This document shows, in pieces, positions 62,135-64,000 of a stretch of 64,000 nt of DNA. Source of the stretch: Mobula hypostoma (taxonomy: Eukaryota); contig NC_086097.1 in NCBI RefSeq assembly GCF_963921235.1, forward strand, positions 10,664,001 to 10,728,000. The letters are read 5' to 3'. The notes under the pieces are model-generated. The model saw only the letters and a program-made list of their open reading frames with translations. It did not search any database and was not told where the DNA came from. The position numbers and the translations under genes were made by a program. Each line of letters opens with the position of its first letter. The first letter of the stretch is position 1.

Positions 62135-63183
62135 CAAGAGAAAATCTGCAGTTGCTGGAAATCCAAGCAACACACACAAAATGCTGGAGGAACTCAGCAG
62201 GCCAGGTAGCATTTATAGAAAGGAGTAGGTCAATTTTTCAGGCCAAGACCCTTAATCAGGACTGGAGAAAAAAAGATGAGGAGTCAAGTTAGAAGGTGCG
62301 GGGGGGGGGGCAGGGAGAGGGGAGGGAAAGAAGAAACAAAAGGTGAAGGGTGTAAATGGAGAGGGGGGAGGGATGAAGTAAAGAGCTGGGAAGTTGATTA
62401 GTGAAAGAGATACAGGGCTGGAGAAGGGGGAATCTGATAGGAGAGGACAGAAGGCCATGGAAGAAAGAAAAGGATCAGGAGCATCAGAGGGACGTGATCG
62501 GAAGGCAGGAGGATAAGGTGAGAGAAGGAAATGGGAATAGGATTGGTGAAGGGGGTGGGGCATTATCGGAAGGTTGAGAAATCAATGTTCTTGCCTTCAG
62601 GTTGGAGGCTACCCAGACGGAATGCAAGGTGTTGCTCCTCCAGCCTGAACGTGACCTCCATTCCAACATGTCAGTCCAGTGCCTCCTCTACCATCCTGAT
62701 GAGACGATACTCAGGCAGGGGGAGCAACACCTTATATTCCGTCTGGTTAGCCTCCAACCCGGTGGCATTAGCATCGATTTCTTGAACTTCCAGTAATTCC
62801 CCCTCCCCTTCACCAGTCCCCATTCCCTTTTCCCTCTCTTTTTATCTCCTTATCTGCCCATCACCCCCCTCTGGTGCTCCTCCCCCCTTTTCTTTCTTCA
62901 ATGGTCATCTGTCCTCTCTTACCAGATTCCCCTTCTCCAGTCCTGTATCTCTTTCACCAACCAACTTCCCAGCTCTTTACTTCACCCCTTCCCCACCACC
63001 TCCCGGTTTCACCTCTCACCTTGTGTTTCTCCCTCCCCTCCCCCACCTTCTAACTCTGACTCCTCATCTCTTATTCTTCAGTCCTGATGAAGGGTCTCAG
63101 CCCGAAACATCGACTGTTTACTCCTTTCTATGGACGCTACTTGGCTTGTGGAGTTCCTCCTGCATTTTGCGTGTGTTGGACGT
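62135..63183. mobile_element. PLE with ~0.5-kb inverted pseudo-LTR arms
   Basis: Minus arm 62135-62658, plus arm 62659-63183 (EQHLIFRLVSLQPGGISIDFLNFQ*); hammerhead motifs at 62228-62263 (-) and 63080-63115 (+); putative TSD AAATAA(C/T)ATA. Confidence 0.85.
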
Positions 63184-63249
63184 AAATAATATATTATCAT
63201 TTATTATTTAATTGAAGTTTATTAATCAGAATCACCGAAATATTTGTTT

Positions 63250-63540
63250 GTTAATTCATTTATTGATATACAGCACGGAACATGCCATTCCAGCCCTTCA
63301 AGCCACACCGCCTAGTAACCCTGATTTAATCCTACCCAATCACAGGACAATTTACAGTGACCAATCAACCTACCAACTGGTAAGCCTTTGGACTGTGGGA
63401 AGAAACGGGAGCGCCCATAGGAAGCCAATACGATCACGGGGAGAACATACAAGCTCCTTCCAGGCAGCTGTGAGAATTGAACCTGGGCCAGGGGGACTGT
63501 ACCACATACTGCTAACCACTACACTACCATGCTGCCCCAT
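63250..63540 (-). mobile_element. HE1-like V-SINE
   Basis: TTTGGACTGTGGGAAGAAACGGGAGC; AATTGAACC; CTAACCACTACACTACCATGCTGCCCC. Confidence 0.8.
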
Positions 63541-64000
63541 ATGGTAGGATATCATATGGAATTTGTTGTTTTGCAAGGCATAGAAATTTGCTTAAGTTTC
63601 TAAAATAAGTAGACAGTGAAAAAAAAACAGTGGAGTTCAAAGTTCAAAGTAAATGTATTATCACAGTACGTATATGTCACCATATACAATCCTGAGATTT
63701 GTATTCTCATGGGCACATTAAGTAAATTCAATAATTGTAACATATTGATTTAGTGTTCATGACAAAACTTAAGGAATACGAGGAGAGCCAACATCTTCAG
63801 ATGTGTGAAACTCCATCCCCTTAATGGTGTTAATGCTGGAAGATTACTAATTTTAAGGAATGGGATAGTTTATTTTTAACTTGAGATTATCAAGTGATAT
63901 AGGACTAATGTGGGGAATAGAGTTAAGGTGGAGGTCAGCCATGATTGACTTGGAAAGGAGAACAGGATAGCCTTCTCTTTTCCCTTAAGCTCTTGAAATA

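Noticed and set aside
61490..62212. 240-aa ORF with a hydrophobic leader
   Set aside because: Read-through from a PLE terminus and flank into a truncated CR1.
1..64000. CRISPR arrays, prokaryotic operons or endogenous viral genes
   Set aside because: There are no regularly spaced repeats, and every long ORF is explained by eukaryotic retroelements.

Overview
This is vertebrate non-coding DNA. The repeat content (HE1-like V-SINEs, very abundant CR1 LINEs) points to an elasmobranch, probably a ray or skate. No host protein-coding gene, RNA gene or CRISPR array could be supported. Most of the window is a deeply nested mosaic of transposable elements: several CR1 families (one originally full-length, plus three copies of a young family), Rex/Babar LINEs, an RTE LINE with RTE-derived non-autonomous elements and SINEs, a Nimb/I-clade LINE with RNase H, Penelope-like element (PLE) ends, Gypsy LTR remnants, and Tc1 and hAT derivatives. 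Many insertions could be delimited by target-site duplications (TSDs) read directly from the sequence. The most notable signals are: about a dozen PLE-borne minimal hammerhead ribozyme motifs, two with intact cores; long PLE fold-backs; a CR1 with a twin-priming-like inversion; head-swapped RTE-type short elements; a perfect 64-bp palindrome; a possible exon split by the Nimb insertion; and TE-free AT-rich islands that resemble conserved enhancers. I found no clearly new biological system. Family names come from recognised motifs, not database searches, and boundaries without a stated TSD are approximate.
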